NCBI GenBank assembly: GCA_038229495.1
Contig: JBBROJ010000005.1
Location: 5,771 to 69,770 of the forward strand
DNA: 64,000 nucleotides
From: Chthonomonadales bacterium
Lineage (GTDB): Bacteria; Armatimonadota; Chthonomonadetes; Chthonomonadales; CAJBBX01
Direction: 5' to 3'
Part shown: positions 25,485 through 33,710 of the stretch, in pieces
Layout of the letters: each line of letters starts with the position of its first letter
Position numbering within the stretch: the first letter of the stretch is position 1
Notes under the pieces: model-generated
What the model was told of the DNA's origin: nothing
Databases searched by the model: none
What the model saw: only the letters and a program-made list of their open reading frames with translations
Position numbers and translations under genes: made by a program

Positions 25485-26789
25485 ATGCAGCTTGCAAACT
25501 CGAATAGAAGCATGCAAACCCGAATAGAAGCGCGTGACGTTTCCGCGCGCTATGGGGACCGGATCGTCCTAAAGGACATCGGTCTCTCAGTGACATCCGG
25601 CGCGTTTATCGGAATTATCGGCCCCAACGGCGCGGGCAAATCCACCCTGCTGCGAATCCTATCGGGGACGCTCCCGCCTGCCGCCGGCCAGGTATTCTTC
25701 AATGGCGAAGAGGCTTCAAGACTGCGCCCGCGAGACCTCGCTCTTCAAATCGCGTTCGTGCCTCAGAGCGAGCCTGCCGTATTCGAGTTTGCGGTCAAAG
25801 AGATCGTGCTCATGGGCCGCCACCCGCACGTTCATGGCCTCGGTGGCGAGACGGCGGCGGACTTCGAAGCGGCCGCGCGCGCGATGGCATCTATGGACAT
25901 TCTGGATTTGGCGGATCGGCCCATTACGACCCTTTCCGGCGGCGAACATCGTCGCGTGCTCATCGCCCGCGCGCTGGCCCAACAGACGCCCGCGCTCCTG
26001 CTGGACGAGCCTACCGCGCATCTCGACATTACGCATCAGATGGAGATTATGTCACTGGCGCGGCGGATGGTCGACCAAGAGGGAAAGGCCGTTGTCGCCG
26101 CGCTCCACGATCTGAATATGGCCGCCGAATATTGCGACCGGCTGATCCTGATCGCGGGCGGAAGGATAACGGCGGACGACGCGCCGGAGGGCGTACTCAT
26201 TCCGCCTCTACTCGAACTGGCATACGGCATGCCGCTCCAAGTTGGCCGAAACCCGGCAACGGGCAGGCCGATGATCTTTCCGATTCCGCCCGATACGGGG
26301 ACGACAAACACAGGCCCGCGAATCCACGTCATATGCGGCGGCGCGACCGGTACGGCGCTTCTTACCCATCTTCAAAGGCGCGGTTACACCGTAACCGCAG
26401 GCGTCCTGAATCATCTTGATTCAGACCAGCGGGCCGCAGAGGTCCTAGGGATCGAGCATGTCGCTGAATCCCCCTTCTCTCCCATTAGCGAAGAATCCCG
26501 CGAGGCGTGCAGCGCGCTCATCGCGCGAGCGGAGATCGTCATCGTGACGGACGTGCCGTTCGGTCGCGGAAACCTCGCGAATCTCCACCTGGCTCTCGAA
26601 GCTGCCACGCAGGGCAAGCGCGTCTACTTGTTGGATTCCGTCCCTTTCGCCTCACGCGACTACACAAGCGGCGAAGCGGGGCGACTATGGAATGAGATCA
26701 AAGCAGCCGGCGCAATCAAGGAGACAAATGTCACACGGATGTTAGGTTCCCTCGCCGCGGCTGAGAATAGATCGGCACTCAGCAGTTAG
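25485..26789 (+). CDS. ABC transporter ATP-binding protein (FecE/FepC/BtuD type) with an ~170-aa C-terminal extension
   Basis: 'GIIGPNGAGKSTLL' (Walker A), 'LSGGEHRRVLIARAL' (signature), 'LLLDEPTAHLD' (Walker B). The extra C-terminal domain 'IHVICGGATGTALL...' looks Rossmann-like. No permease or binding protein is adjacent. Confidence 0.85.
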   Translation: MQLANSNRSMQTRIEARDVSARYGDRIVLKDIGLSVTSGAFIGIIGPNGAGKSTLLRILSGTLPPAAGQVFFNGEEASRLRPRDLALQIAFVPQSEPAVFEFAVKEIVLMGRHPHVHGLGGETAADFEAAARAMASMDILDLADRPITTLSGGEHRRVLIARALAQQTPALLLDEPTAHLDITHQMEIMSLARRMVDQEGKAVVAALHDLNMAAEYCDRLILIAGGRITADDAPEGVLIPPLLELAYGMPLQVGRNPATGRPMIFPIPPDTGTTNTGPRIHVICGGATGTALLTHLQRRGYTVTAGVLNHLDSDQRAAEVLGIEHVAESPFSPISEESREACSALIARAEIVIVTDVPFGRGNLANLHLALEAATQGKRVYLLDSVPFASRDYTSGEAGRLWNEIKAAGAIKETNVTRMLGSLAAAENRSALSS

Positions 26790-26810
26790 ATTGCTCGTTA
26801 CGGAGTTGAC

Positions 26811-28178
26811 ATGCCCCTTGAAATACTGGCGAAACCTCGTTCAGACGCGGCTCGCCTGGCGTTAAGCATCTACTCGGATACCCTCGATTCCATTCGCGCC
26901 GACACCCTCGTCGATCGCGCCGTAAGTCTGCGCGGTGACGTGCTGCATGTCGACGGCTATGCCTGCGACCTGCGAGCGTTCGAGCGGATCTTGGTCGTGG
27001 GAGCGGGGAAGGCTTCCGCCGCCATGGCGCGCACTATCGAAGCGATTTTGGGAGAGAGGATATCCGACGGAGTCGTTGTGACCAAATACGGCCACGGCGA
27101 AAAGACGGAGCGGATTCGGGTCCTGGAAGCCGCGCACCCGGCGCCGGACGAAGCCTCGGTCGCTGCTGGCCGGACCATTCACGATCTTGCCGCCTCCGCG
27201 GGTGAACGTGACCTCGTTTTGTGCCTTCTCTCCGGCGGCGCGTCGTCGCTAATGGAGCTTCCGGTTAATGGCATTACGCTCGACGATCTGCGAACGGCCA
27301 CCAACCTGCTTCTGAAAGTGGGCGCGCCGATCGAAGACCTGAACGCGGTCCGCGCCTGCCTCTCCCGGCTCAAGGCAGGCGGGCTCGCACGCGCCGCTTC
27401 GCCCGCCACGGTTATTTGTCTCGTTCTCTCCGATGTACTCGGCAACTCGCTCCCCGTCATCGGCTCCGGTCCGTGCGTCGATATTCCGGCCGATCCTGCA
27501 AAGGCTCTCTCTACCCTGGATCGCTATGGTCTGTCCCAATCCGTTCCACCGACGGTCCGTGCCCAACTCGAACTCGCTCCAACAACTCACGCCTCACGCC
27601 TCACGCCTCACGCCTCACGCCTAACGCCTCACGCCTCACGCCTCACGCCTCACCACTTCATCGTTGGTGACATCTTGACGGCGCTCCATGCGGCCCGCGA
27701 TTCCGCCGTTCGGCACGGGCTGCGTGCGCTCATCCTGACGGGATGGCTGGAGGGAGAGGCGCGAGAAGTTGGACGGATTCTCGGGGGCATTGCCCGCGAC
27801 CTGCCGAATACCGCGCGCGAAACTGGATACAATTGCATCATTCTGGGCGGAGAGACGACGGTGAAGGTTCACGGCAAGGGTAAAGGAGGGCGCAGTCAGG
27901 AGATTGCCGCCGTCGCGACGCAATCTATTGAGGGCGTGGAGGGCGTGGCGCTGCTGGCGGGCGGCACGGACGGGACCGACGGCCCCACCGACGCGGCGGG
28001 AGGATTGGCAGAGCCGGATACGATTGCGCGGGCTAGAGAACTCAATTTGAATCTACAGGATGCGCTGCGCGGCAACGACGCCTACCCGTTCCTGGAGGCA
28101 GTGGGCGGCCTCATGAAAACCGGTCCCACGCACAGCAATGTCGGCGACGTGGTGATTATGGTGTTTCAAGAAACCTGA
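26811..28178 (+). CDS. Glycerate 2-kinase / hydroxypyruvate reductase-like (DUF4147 + MOFRL family)
   Basis: 'ILVVGAGKASAAMA', 'LLSGGASSL', 'ILGGETTVKVHGKGKGGRSQE', 'LLAGGTDGTDGPTDAAG', 'TGPTHSNVGDV'. It contains the in-frame heptamer-repeat insertion. Confidence 0.85.
   Translation: MPLEILAKPRSDAARLALSIYSDTLDSIRADTLVDRAVSLRGDVLHVDGYACDLRAFERILVVGAGKASAAMARTIEAILGERISDGVVVTKYGHGEKTERIRVLEAAHPAPDEASVAAGRTIHDLAASAGERDLVLCLLSGGASSLMELPVNGITLDDLRTATNLLLKVGAPIEDLNAVRACLSRLKAGGLARAASPATVICLVLSDVLGNSLPVIGSGPCVDIPADPAKALSTLDRYGLSQSVPPTVRAQLELAPTTHASRLTPHASRLTPHASRLTPHHFIVGDILTALHAARDSAVRHGLRALILTGWLEGEAREVGRILGGIARDLPNTARETGYNCIILGGETTVKVHGKGKGGRSQEIAAVATQSIEGVEGVALLAGGTDGTDGPTDAAGGLAEPDTIARARELNLNLQDALRGNDAYPFLEAVGGLMKTGPTHSNVGDVVIMVFQET
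27587..27649. repeat. Tandem heptamer (TCACGCC = CACGCCT) x9, in frame inside the glycerate kinase gene
   Basis: Nine units (one is TAACGCC) total 63 bp and encode (HASRLTP)x3. Confidence 0.95.
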
Positions 28179-28198
28179 TCCAAAATACAAAAATGGAA

Positions 28199-29161
28199 TC
28201 ACGCTGCCTCCGACCGGTGAAAGTGCGCCATCTTCCACGCGCCATCCTGCCGGACATAGATTCGGCTCTCGTTGAACGCGCGAAAGACCGGCGGCATCAC
28301 GCCAGCGTATGTCATGAGCCGCGTATAGGTCACGATGGCGCAGTCGCCATGAATCTGCGCCTTTGGGGACAGCATGTCGAAGCGTGTCAGGCCGCCGTAC
28401 GCGGACTGCGACTTCATCGCCTTCATCATGTCAATGTGGAAATCGATCGCTTCAATGCGATAGGGTGCGATATCGCTCTCAAAGCAGGTGAGGTCCGGCA
28501 TGCACAGACTTCGATAGGTCTCTACGTCGCCCTCATGAATTGAAGTAAGCAGGCGATGGGTCAGCTGTAGAAGCTCGCTCTCATGGGTCGCGGGAGCTTC
28601 AACGCCTGCGGCATCAGTCGAGATTTGCGACCCTCCGGATTTTTTGACTCCGCCGTTGTTCCCCAGATTCTCGCGCAGGGCTCGCTTTGTCTCGTGAGTC
28701 GCCTCCGCTGTTTGTTGGGTGATGGTCTGCTTCAAAGCCCGCTTAAGAGTCTGCTTCTCCCGCTCTATCTGCTTGCGCGCCGTATACTGCGCAAGCGCCG
28801 TCCGCACCGCGGGAATAAGCTGCTCTTTCGTCACCGGCTTCACGATGTAGGCGCACGCTCCAGCATCCAAAGCGCGATCGACCGCCGCCTGGTCGCCGAA
28901 GGCCGTAAGGACGATAATCGGGACCTCCTGCTCGGAAAGAATGGCGCGAGTCGCTTCGATTCCACCCATGCGCGGCATCTTCACGTCCATGAGAATGAAG
29001 TCGGGCCGAAGCTCTCTAGCCTTTTCGATAGCCGCTTCCCCGTCCCCGGCCTCGCCCACCACCTGGTATCCCGCGGCGCGAAGCGCGCTGCGAATTTGCA
29101 TCAGGATCATTCCTTCGTCTTCGCAGATAAGCGCGTTCTGCCCGGCATTATCCGTATCCAT
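28199..29161 (-). CDS. Response regulator: receiver domain + coiled linker + CaMKII-association-domain-like (NTF2-fold) C-terminal domain
   Basis: REC: 'ALICEDEGMI...DFILMDVKMPRMGGIEA...VLTAFGD...YIVKP'. C-terminus: 'LTHRLLTSIHEGDVETYRSLCMPDLTCFE...IDFH...NESRIYVRQDGAWKMAHFHRS' closely parallels the CaMKII hub domain. Confidence 0.85.
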   Translation of the reverse strand: MDTDNAGQNALICEDEGMILMQIRSALRAAGYQVVGEAGDGEAAIEKARELRPDFILMDVKMPRMGGIEATRAILSEQEVPIIVLTAFGDQAAVDRALDAGACAYIVKPVTKEQLIPAVRTALAQYTARKQIEREKQTLKRALKQTITQQTAEATHETKRALRENLGNNGGVKKSGGSQISTDAAGVEAPATHESELLQLTHRLLTSIHEGDVETYRSLCMPDLTCFESDIAPYRIEAIDFHIDMMKAMKSQSAYGGLTRFDMLSPKAQIHGDCAIVTYTRLMTYAGVMPPVFRAFNESRIYVRQDGAWKMAHFHRSEAA

Positions 29162-29234
29162 ACCTGACCGGGCTGCTTTCCGAAAATTCGTGAAAACTTG
29201 TAAGAAGGCTGAAGAGAGATTAGAACTGAAAAGT

Positions 29235-29684
29235 TCAGAACTCGCGGCGGCTGTCCAGCAAAAGTGTTACGGGACCGTCGTTCACCAGCGAGACCTGCAT
29301 TTCCGCGCCAAAACGCCCGCGCTCGACCTCTGCGCCGGCCGCCGCCGTCTTCGCGCAGACCGACTCGTACATAGCCCTCGCCGCGTCTCCGGACGCCGCC
29401 TCGGTAAAGCTGGGCCGCCGTCCCTTCCGGGCATCGCCGTACAGCGTAAATTGAGAAACGATGAGCGTAGCGCCGCCCGTCTCCAGCAGAGAGCGGTTGA
29501 GCCTGCCGTCCTCATCCTCGAAGATGCGCAGGTTCGCTATCTTGTCCGCGATGTAACTGGAATCGGCATCCGTGTCGTCCCGGCGTATTCCTAAAAGTAC
29601 GAGGAATCCCGCGCCGATGTTACCGACCGTCTCCTCGCCTACAACCACGCTGGCCCTCGCAACGCGTTGTATCACTGCCCGCAT
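29235..29684 (-). CDS. dtd: D-aminoacyl-tRNA deacylase
   Basis: '[15 protein letters not shown]...[10 protein letters not shown]...[13 protein letters not shown]......[20 protein letters not shown]' is the canonical Dtd pattern. The ORF opens 8 codons earlier, at 29708. Confidence 0.9.
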   Translation of the reverse strand: MRAVIQRVARASVVVGEETVGNIGAGFLVLLGIRRDDTDADSSYIADKIANLRIFEDEDGRLNRSLLETGGATLIVSQFTLYGDARKGRRPSFTEAASGDAARAMYESVCAKTAAAGAEVERGRFGAEMQVSLVNDGPVTLLLDSRREF

Positions 29685-29718
29685 CTTTGACACTCCGATT
29701 CTATCCATTATCGTCGGT

Positions 29719-29759
29719 ATAAAAATAGCCTGGCGTAGTTTCGCGAAACCACGCCAGGC
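29719..29759 (-). terminator. Intrinsic terminator downstream of the TlpA-like gene
   Basis: Near-perfect 16-bp palindrome 'gcctggcgtagtttcg/cgaaaccacgccaggc' (29728-29759), followed on the minus strand by 'TATTTTTAT'. Confidence 0.6.
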
Positions 29760-29836
29760 CGCTATATGCTTTCCGCTTTCAAAGAGCCGCCGCGATTGCG
29801 CGCAGGTCGAAAAGCAGATATTTCTAAAAACAGATG

Positions 29837-31054
29837 TTAGCGCAGGCTGCTCGTCTCGACGCCGAGCTTCTTCAGAGCTTCTTCGATCCTGGTGTCGCCG
29901 TCGCGGAAACCCACGATATTCGCGGCGATGCGGCCCTCTTTATCGATTACGAACGTAGCGGGTATGCCCTTGACTCCATAGAGCCGGCCCGCGATGCTGT
30001 TTTCTGAATCCTTGCCCGCCGGGTCGAACGCGAAAGTAAAGGTATACCTACTCTTGTTCGCAGGCAGCCACTGTTCGTAGGCGTCTTTGTCGTCCCACAC
30101 GCAGACGCCCAGCACAACGACGTCCTTGTCCTTCACCTCGCGCCACACGCGCTCGACGTGCGGCATGGACTTCTGGCAGGGGACACACCAGGTCGCCCAG
30201 AAGTCCACTATCACGACCTTGCCCTTGAAGTCCGACAGATGCACGGTCTCGCCGTTCCTCCCGTCGGCAGAGAAGTCTGGAGCGATTGGGCCGCTGGATG
30301 CGATTTCGGCCTTCTGAAGCGGCGGGAGAGAGGTGACCATATTGGCGCCTACCGGAAGCGCCCGCACGAACGTGCCGGCGGGAATGAACTTGTCCACCTC
30401 GATGTCGTTGTGGTTTTCGGTAATTATCGCCTTATCGTCTCGAAGCAGCGTGACGCGGCGGATGAGGAAATCGCTTTCCGATACGTAGACCTTCGCGTCG
30501 TAGTCGGAATCGTAGCGGAAGCTCAGCACGTAGACTATTTTGTCACCGACACTCTGGGGGCCCGTCACGGTTGCGACTGCAAGGTCTTTGGCAAGCATGA
30601 TGTCCTGATTCCGCAGGTTTCCTCCGAGCAGAATCGACAGCAGGCGCGCGCCTGGCGACGGCACGTCCACGCCTCGGAGTATGTCGGAGCCCATCAAAAG
30701 CAGCGGAGCCTTGCCTTTGGTATAGGCCTTCCTGTCCGGTCGAAGGGCGATAAGGGTCGAGCCGTCGCTGACAACCACTGTGTCGAGCTTGTCCCCGTTA
30801 ACTTCGAGCAGATAGCGGTTCGGGCGCTGCGCGGCGAGGGTCACGGTGGCGGACTGGTCCTTGTCACCTGTTTTTCTGGTCAGCTCCGCCGTATCGCGAT
30901 AGGAGCGCATGGAGCGGTACGTGCTGTTGAGCCGATTCAAAACCGCCCCGGCAGAAAGTGCCTGAGGCGTTGCCGAGGACTCAGCGCCACACGTGAATCC
31001 TGCGGACAGCGCCAGCGCGCAAAAGGCGGCTTTTGGAAGCCATCGAGTGTTCAT
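29837..31054 (-). CDS. Secreted LolA-like (DUF2092-like) domain fused to a TlpA/ResA-type thioredoxin-fold oxidoreductase
   Basis: The C-terminus '[22 protein letters not shown]' carries a CxxC motif and an AhpC/TSA-like fold pattern. The N-terminal ~200 aa resemble lipoprotein-sorting LolA-like domains and the 62446 ORF. Confidence 0.8.
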   Translation of the reverse strand: MNTRWLPKAAFCALALSAGFTCGAESSATPQALSAGAVLNRLNSTYRSMRSYRDTAELTRKTGDKDQSATVTLAAQRPNRYLLEVNGDKLDTVVVSDGSTLIALRPDRKAYTKGKAPLLLMGSDILRGVDVPSPGARLLSILLGGNLRNQDIMLAKDLAVATVTGPQSVGDKIVYVLSFRYDSDYDAKVYVSESDFLIRRVTLLRDDKAIITENHNDIEVDKFIPAGTFVRALPVGANMVTSLPPLQKAEIASSGPIAPDFSADGRNGETVHLSDFKGKVVIVDFWATWCVPCQKSMPHVERVWREVKDKDVVVLGVCVWDDKDAYEQWLPANKSRYTFTFAFDPAGKDSENSIAGRLYGVKGIPATFVIDKEGRIAANIVGFRDGDTRIEEALKKLGVETSSLR

Positions 31055-31111
31055 GCGTTAATCCCTCCCATCGAGACTCATTGGACCTCTCGCATAAGTC
31101 TCATTCCGTCG

Positions 31112-31141
31112 GCGAGCGAGTGAATGACTTCATTCGCTCGC
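31112..31141. repeat. REP-like hairpin, copy B (related copies at 23476-23499 and 59851-59878)
   Basis: 'gcgagcgagtgaa-tgac-ttcattcgctcgc' forms a 13-bp stem including one G:U pair. It shares the core 'GAGTGAATGA(A/C)TTCA(C/T)TCGCT' with the other copies. Confidence 0.6.
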
Positions 31142-31268
31142 ACACACCTGCAACGGCCTGGCCTGGCAATACCGGAGTCCGAGACCTTCTATATATTAGC
31201 GTAAACCCGCGAAATATTAGCGGAAAGCCGCGAATTCGGCTGCATTCGCAATTCATGGGCAATTCGGG

Positions 31269-31925
31269 CTAGCCGAGCCCCAGCCAGCCGTGCATCAGGA
31301 ACCATACGCGGTCGATTAGCAGCGCCATGCGAGCCATCACCGTTGCGCCGAACATAGCCCCGAAGGCGAACATCATCATGTACCGGCCCGTGCGCGCCGA
31401 CGCCTGCACGGCTTTGTTCTTCTGCTCGAACGAGAAAAAGAAGTAAGACAGCACGCACAGGACCACCAATACAAATACCGCGTTGCTCAGGCTGAGACCT
31501 AACGACGTAGCAGCAGAGCCCGGAGGCGGCTTCACGCCCCAGACCTGCTTGAACGAGTTGCGAATCTGCGGCACGTACTCGTTCGCGGTCTGCTGGAATA
31601 TCTGCCCTGCCACGAATCCGAGCAGAATTCCAATTGATATGCGGCTCATCCAATTGTAGCGCTTGCTGTAGATTGTGTAGAACAGGACTCCGGCTCCGAG
31701 TGCAAATATCCACGGCCACTGCCCGCCCCACATCGGGACCCACCACTGCGGTTCCAGCGTTTCACGCCACGTAGCCTTGATGAGATACCCCGCGGCAAGC
31801 CCGATGAAGAGGTGCTCGAAGAGCCGGTAAACCCTGTTCTCGCGATACAGGAGCGAGAACAGCGCCAGCGTTCCTATGGCGCCGAACCAGATGCCTGGCG
31901 TTGTCGACCACCCCTGCGGTTCCAT
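31269..31925 (-). CDS. Polytopic membrane protein (~6 TM), unknown function; operon gene 6 of 6
   Basis: 218 aa with repeated hydrophobic spans. The start overlaps the upstream stop by 1 nt. Confidence 0.65.
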   Translation of the reverse strand: MEPQGWSTTPGIWFGAIGTLALFSLLYRENRVYRLFEHLFIGLAAGYLIKATWRETLEPQWWVPMWGGQWPWIFALGAGVLFYTIYSKRYNWMSRISIGILLGFVAGQIFQQTANEYVPQIRNSFKQVWGVKPPPGSAATSLGLSLSNAVFVLVVLCVLSYFFFSFEQKNKAVQASARTGRYMMMFAFGAMFGATVMARMALLIDRVWFLMHGWLGLG

Positions 31926-32782
31926 TACGCGTCTCTCTCCATTTTGCGAGTGGCAATCATTCCGTAGTTGCCCAGCCCGATCAGCACGAAGAGCAGCACC
32001 AGGGCGAGTGAAATGGGAGCAATCGCCTTGGTTGTGAATCCCGGTTTCTTGAGCGTTCCGTCCTCGATAAGCAGATGTTCATATTCGGCGGCGCCCTTGA
32101 TTCCAAACATCATGCCGGCCATCTGGCCGGCGTCGATATAGTTGTATAGCTCCGGCGCCATGACGGAAGTGGGGCCGTAGCCAAACTTAGCGGGAGTGGA
32201 CCCGATGACGAACTGAATCCAGTTCTTGTAGGTGCCCGCTGCCGAAATCTCGATGATGAGGCCGACGTCCTTGGTGTTGCGAACCCCCGCCATTACCGGC
32301 AGCCGCTGCAGGTCTGTGAGCGCGATACGCGTGTGCGATTCCGTTTTGAACGTATCGCGAATATCGAGGACCATCCCTTTAAGCGTACCGTTTGCCTCCG
32401 CGCGATAGCCCCAGTTGATCCAGTCGCGGCCATACACGTATCCGTATTCCGGCGCAAGCTCCTCTACCAGCTCGCGCGCAAGATTCGTCGATTGCTGCTC
32501 CCACGCCATCAGCGCAATCCGGACTTTGCGGCGCATGAGATGCCGGAGAATGACCTCGGTTTGCGGTCGGTTCTCGCCCTGCGTGGAAGCGCTCCAGTTG
32601 GTGCAGAGAATGGCAAGCTTGTCGGCGGGGGCGTGCTCTACCGCGTCATACAGCGCACGCGTCTGCGGCCCGATGATGAGCGGCAGGGGAATGGGGACGA
32701 GGAGGCCTATTATCACTAGCGCCAGCAGAATCAGGTAGAGCCATCTGGGGTCTATTCTCTGTGTCCAGTGGGTCCGATTCAT
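31925..32782 (-). CDS. Bitopic membrane protein (N- and C-terminal TM with a large soluble domain), unknown function; operon gene 5
   Basis: 'WLYLILLALVIIGLLVPIPLPLII' at the N-terminus and 'IAPISLALVLLFVLIGLGNYGMI' at the C-terminus. No recognised motif. Confidence 0.65.
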   Translation of the reverse strand: MNRTHWTQRIDPRWLYLILLALVIIGLLVPIPLPLIIGPQTRALYDAVEHAPADKLAILCTNWSASTQGENRPQTEVILRHLMRRKVRIALMAWEQQSTNLARELVEELAPEYGYVYGRDWINWGYRAEANGTLKGMVLDIRDTFKTESHTRIALTDLQRLPVMAGVRNTKDVGLIIEISAAGTYKNWIQFVIGSTPAKFGYGPTSVMAPELYNYIDAGQMAGMMFGIKGAAEYEHLLIEDGTLKKPGFTTKAIAPISLALVLLFVLIGLGNYGMIATRKMERDA

Positions 32783-32817
32783 AACAGCTCCATATCCCCT
32801 GCATATTCACTATTTCG

Positions 32818-33621
32818 CTATTCGGGGGTCGACTCGAAGAAGGCCCCGCGCTCGAGAGACAGCCAGACGCGAAGCGCGATGGCGAGCGCCCCGATGCCCA
32901 ATCCAAAGTTGATGGCTCGCTGGGCGGCTCCGTTTAGATTTGTTAGCATCCAGTTGCTAATATTGTCCAATCGGAAAATAGAGGTGAACGAGCCGTTGGC
33001 AGGAAGGGACGAAGTGAGGAACTGGCCGAGCGGAATCATGCCCAGCATCACGATGAGCGCTGCGGCCATCATTAAGGTAGCTTCCACGCTTTTGATCCGG
33101 AAGGCCCGGTAGGCGGCAGATATAATATAGAAGGCCAGCGTCGCGAACATCGCGGCGTCGAAGCTGTTGAGCACGTCCCTGAACAGCGAGCGGAAAAACA
33201 TCGACTTATCGAAAAAGAGGCCCGACACGGCCATAGTCACCATCCCCAGAAGCAGCACGAGACTATTTTCCCAACTTGCGCGTTGCCGTATCACGTTGTT
33301 CCCGTGAATCCGAATGAGACTCATCACGCCCAGGCCGAGCGTGAAAGCGGTCAGGACGTTCGCGACATTTCCAACGGTCGGCACCGCGAAGGTCATGGGG
33401 TTGTTGCCCGCTGAATCGGCGGGCCAGAACCATTCCAACGCGTAGAAAAGCCCCGCAAGGAACGTGGCAGCCCCGATCGCCACTTTCCGCGCGCGGGGAG
33501 GCAGCGCATGGAGAGCGAAGAAGAGAAAGACGCACAGAACCGCGGCTCCGGCCAGCGCGGCATAGAGCGCCGGGCCATGGAGTGGCGGAAACAGTTTCGA
33601 TAAAAGTGATTTCAGGGTCAT
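32818..33621 (-). CDS. Polytopic membrane protein (~6-7 TM), unknown function; operon gene 4
   Basis: 267 aa and strongly hydrophobic throughout. Same strand and spacing as its neighbours. Confidence 0.65.
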   Translation of the reverse strand: MTLKSLLSKLFPPLHGPALYAALAGAAVLCVFLFFALHALPPRARKVAIGAATFLAGLFYALEWFWPADSAGNNPMTFAVPTVGNVANVLTAFTLGLGVMSLIRIHGNNVIRQRASWENSLVLLLGMVTMAVSGLFFDKSMFFRSLFRDVLNSFDAAMFATLAFYIISAAYRAFRIKSVEATLMMAAALIVMLGMIPLGQFLTSSLPANGSFTSIFRLDNISNWMLTNLNGAAQRAINFGLGIGALAIALRVWLSLERGAFFESTPE

Positions 33622-33626
33622 CTGTG

Positions 33627-33706
33627 TTCAGGTTTCAGGTTTCAGGTTTCAGGTTTCAGGTTTCAGGACGAGCGATGTTCGTGCCGAGACCTGAAACCTG
33701 GAACCT
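33627..33706. repeat. Tandem heptamer (TTCAGGT) x~6 followed by an inverted partial copy
   Basis: The units at 33627-33667 were read directly. 'cctgaaacctggaacctg' at 33689-33706 is their reverse complement, so a long hairpin is possible. It lies inside the operon, between genes 3 and 4. Confidence 0.9.
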
Positions 33707-33710
33707 GCTC

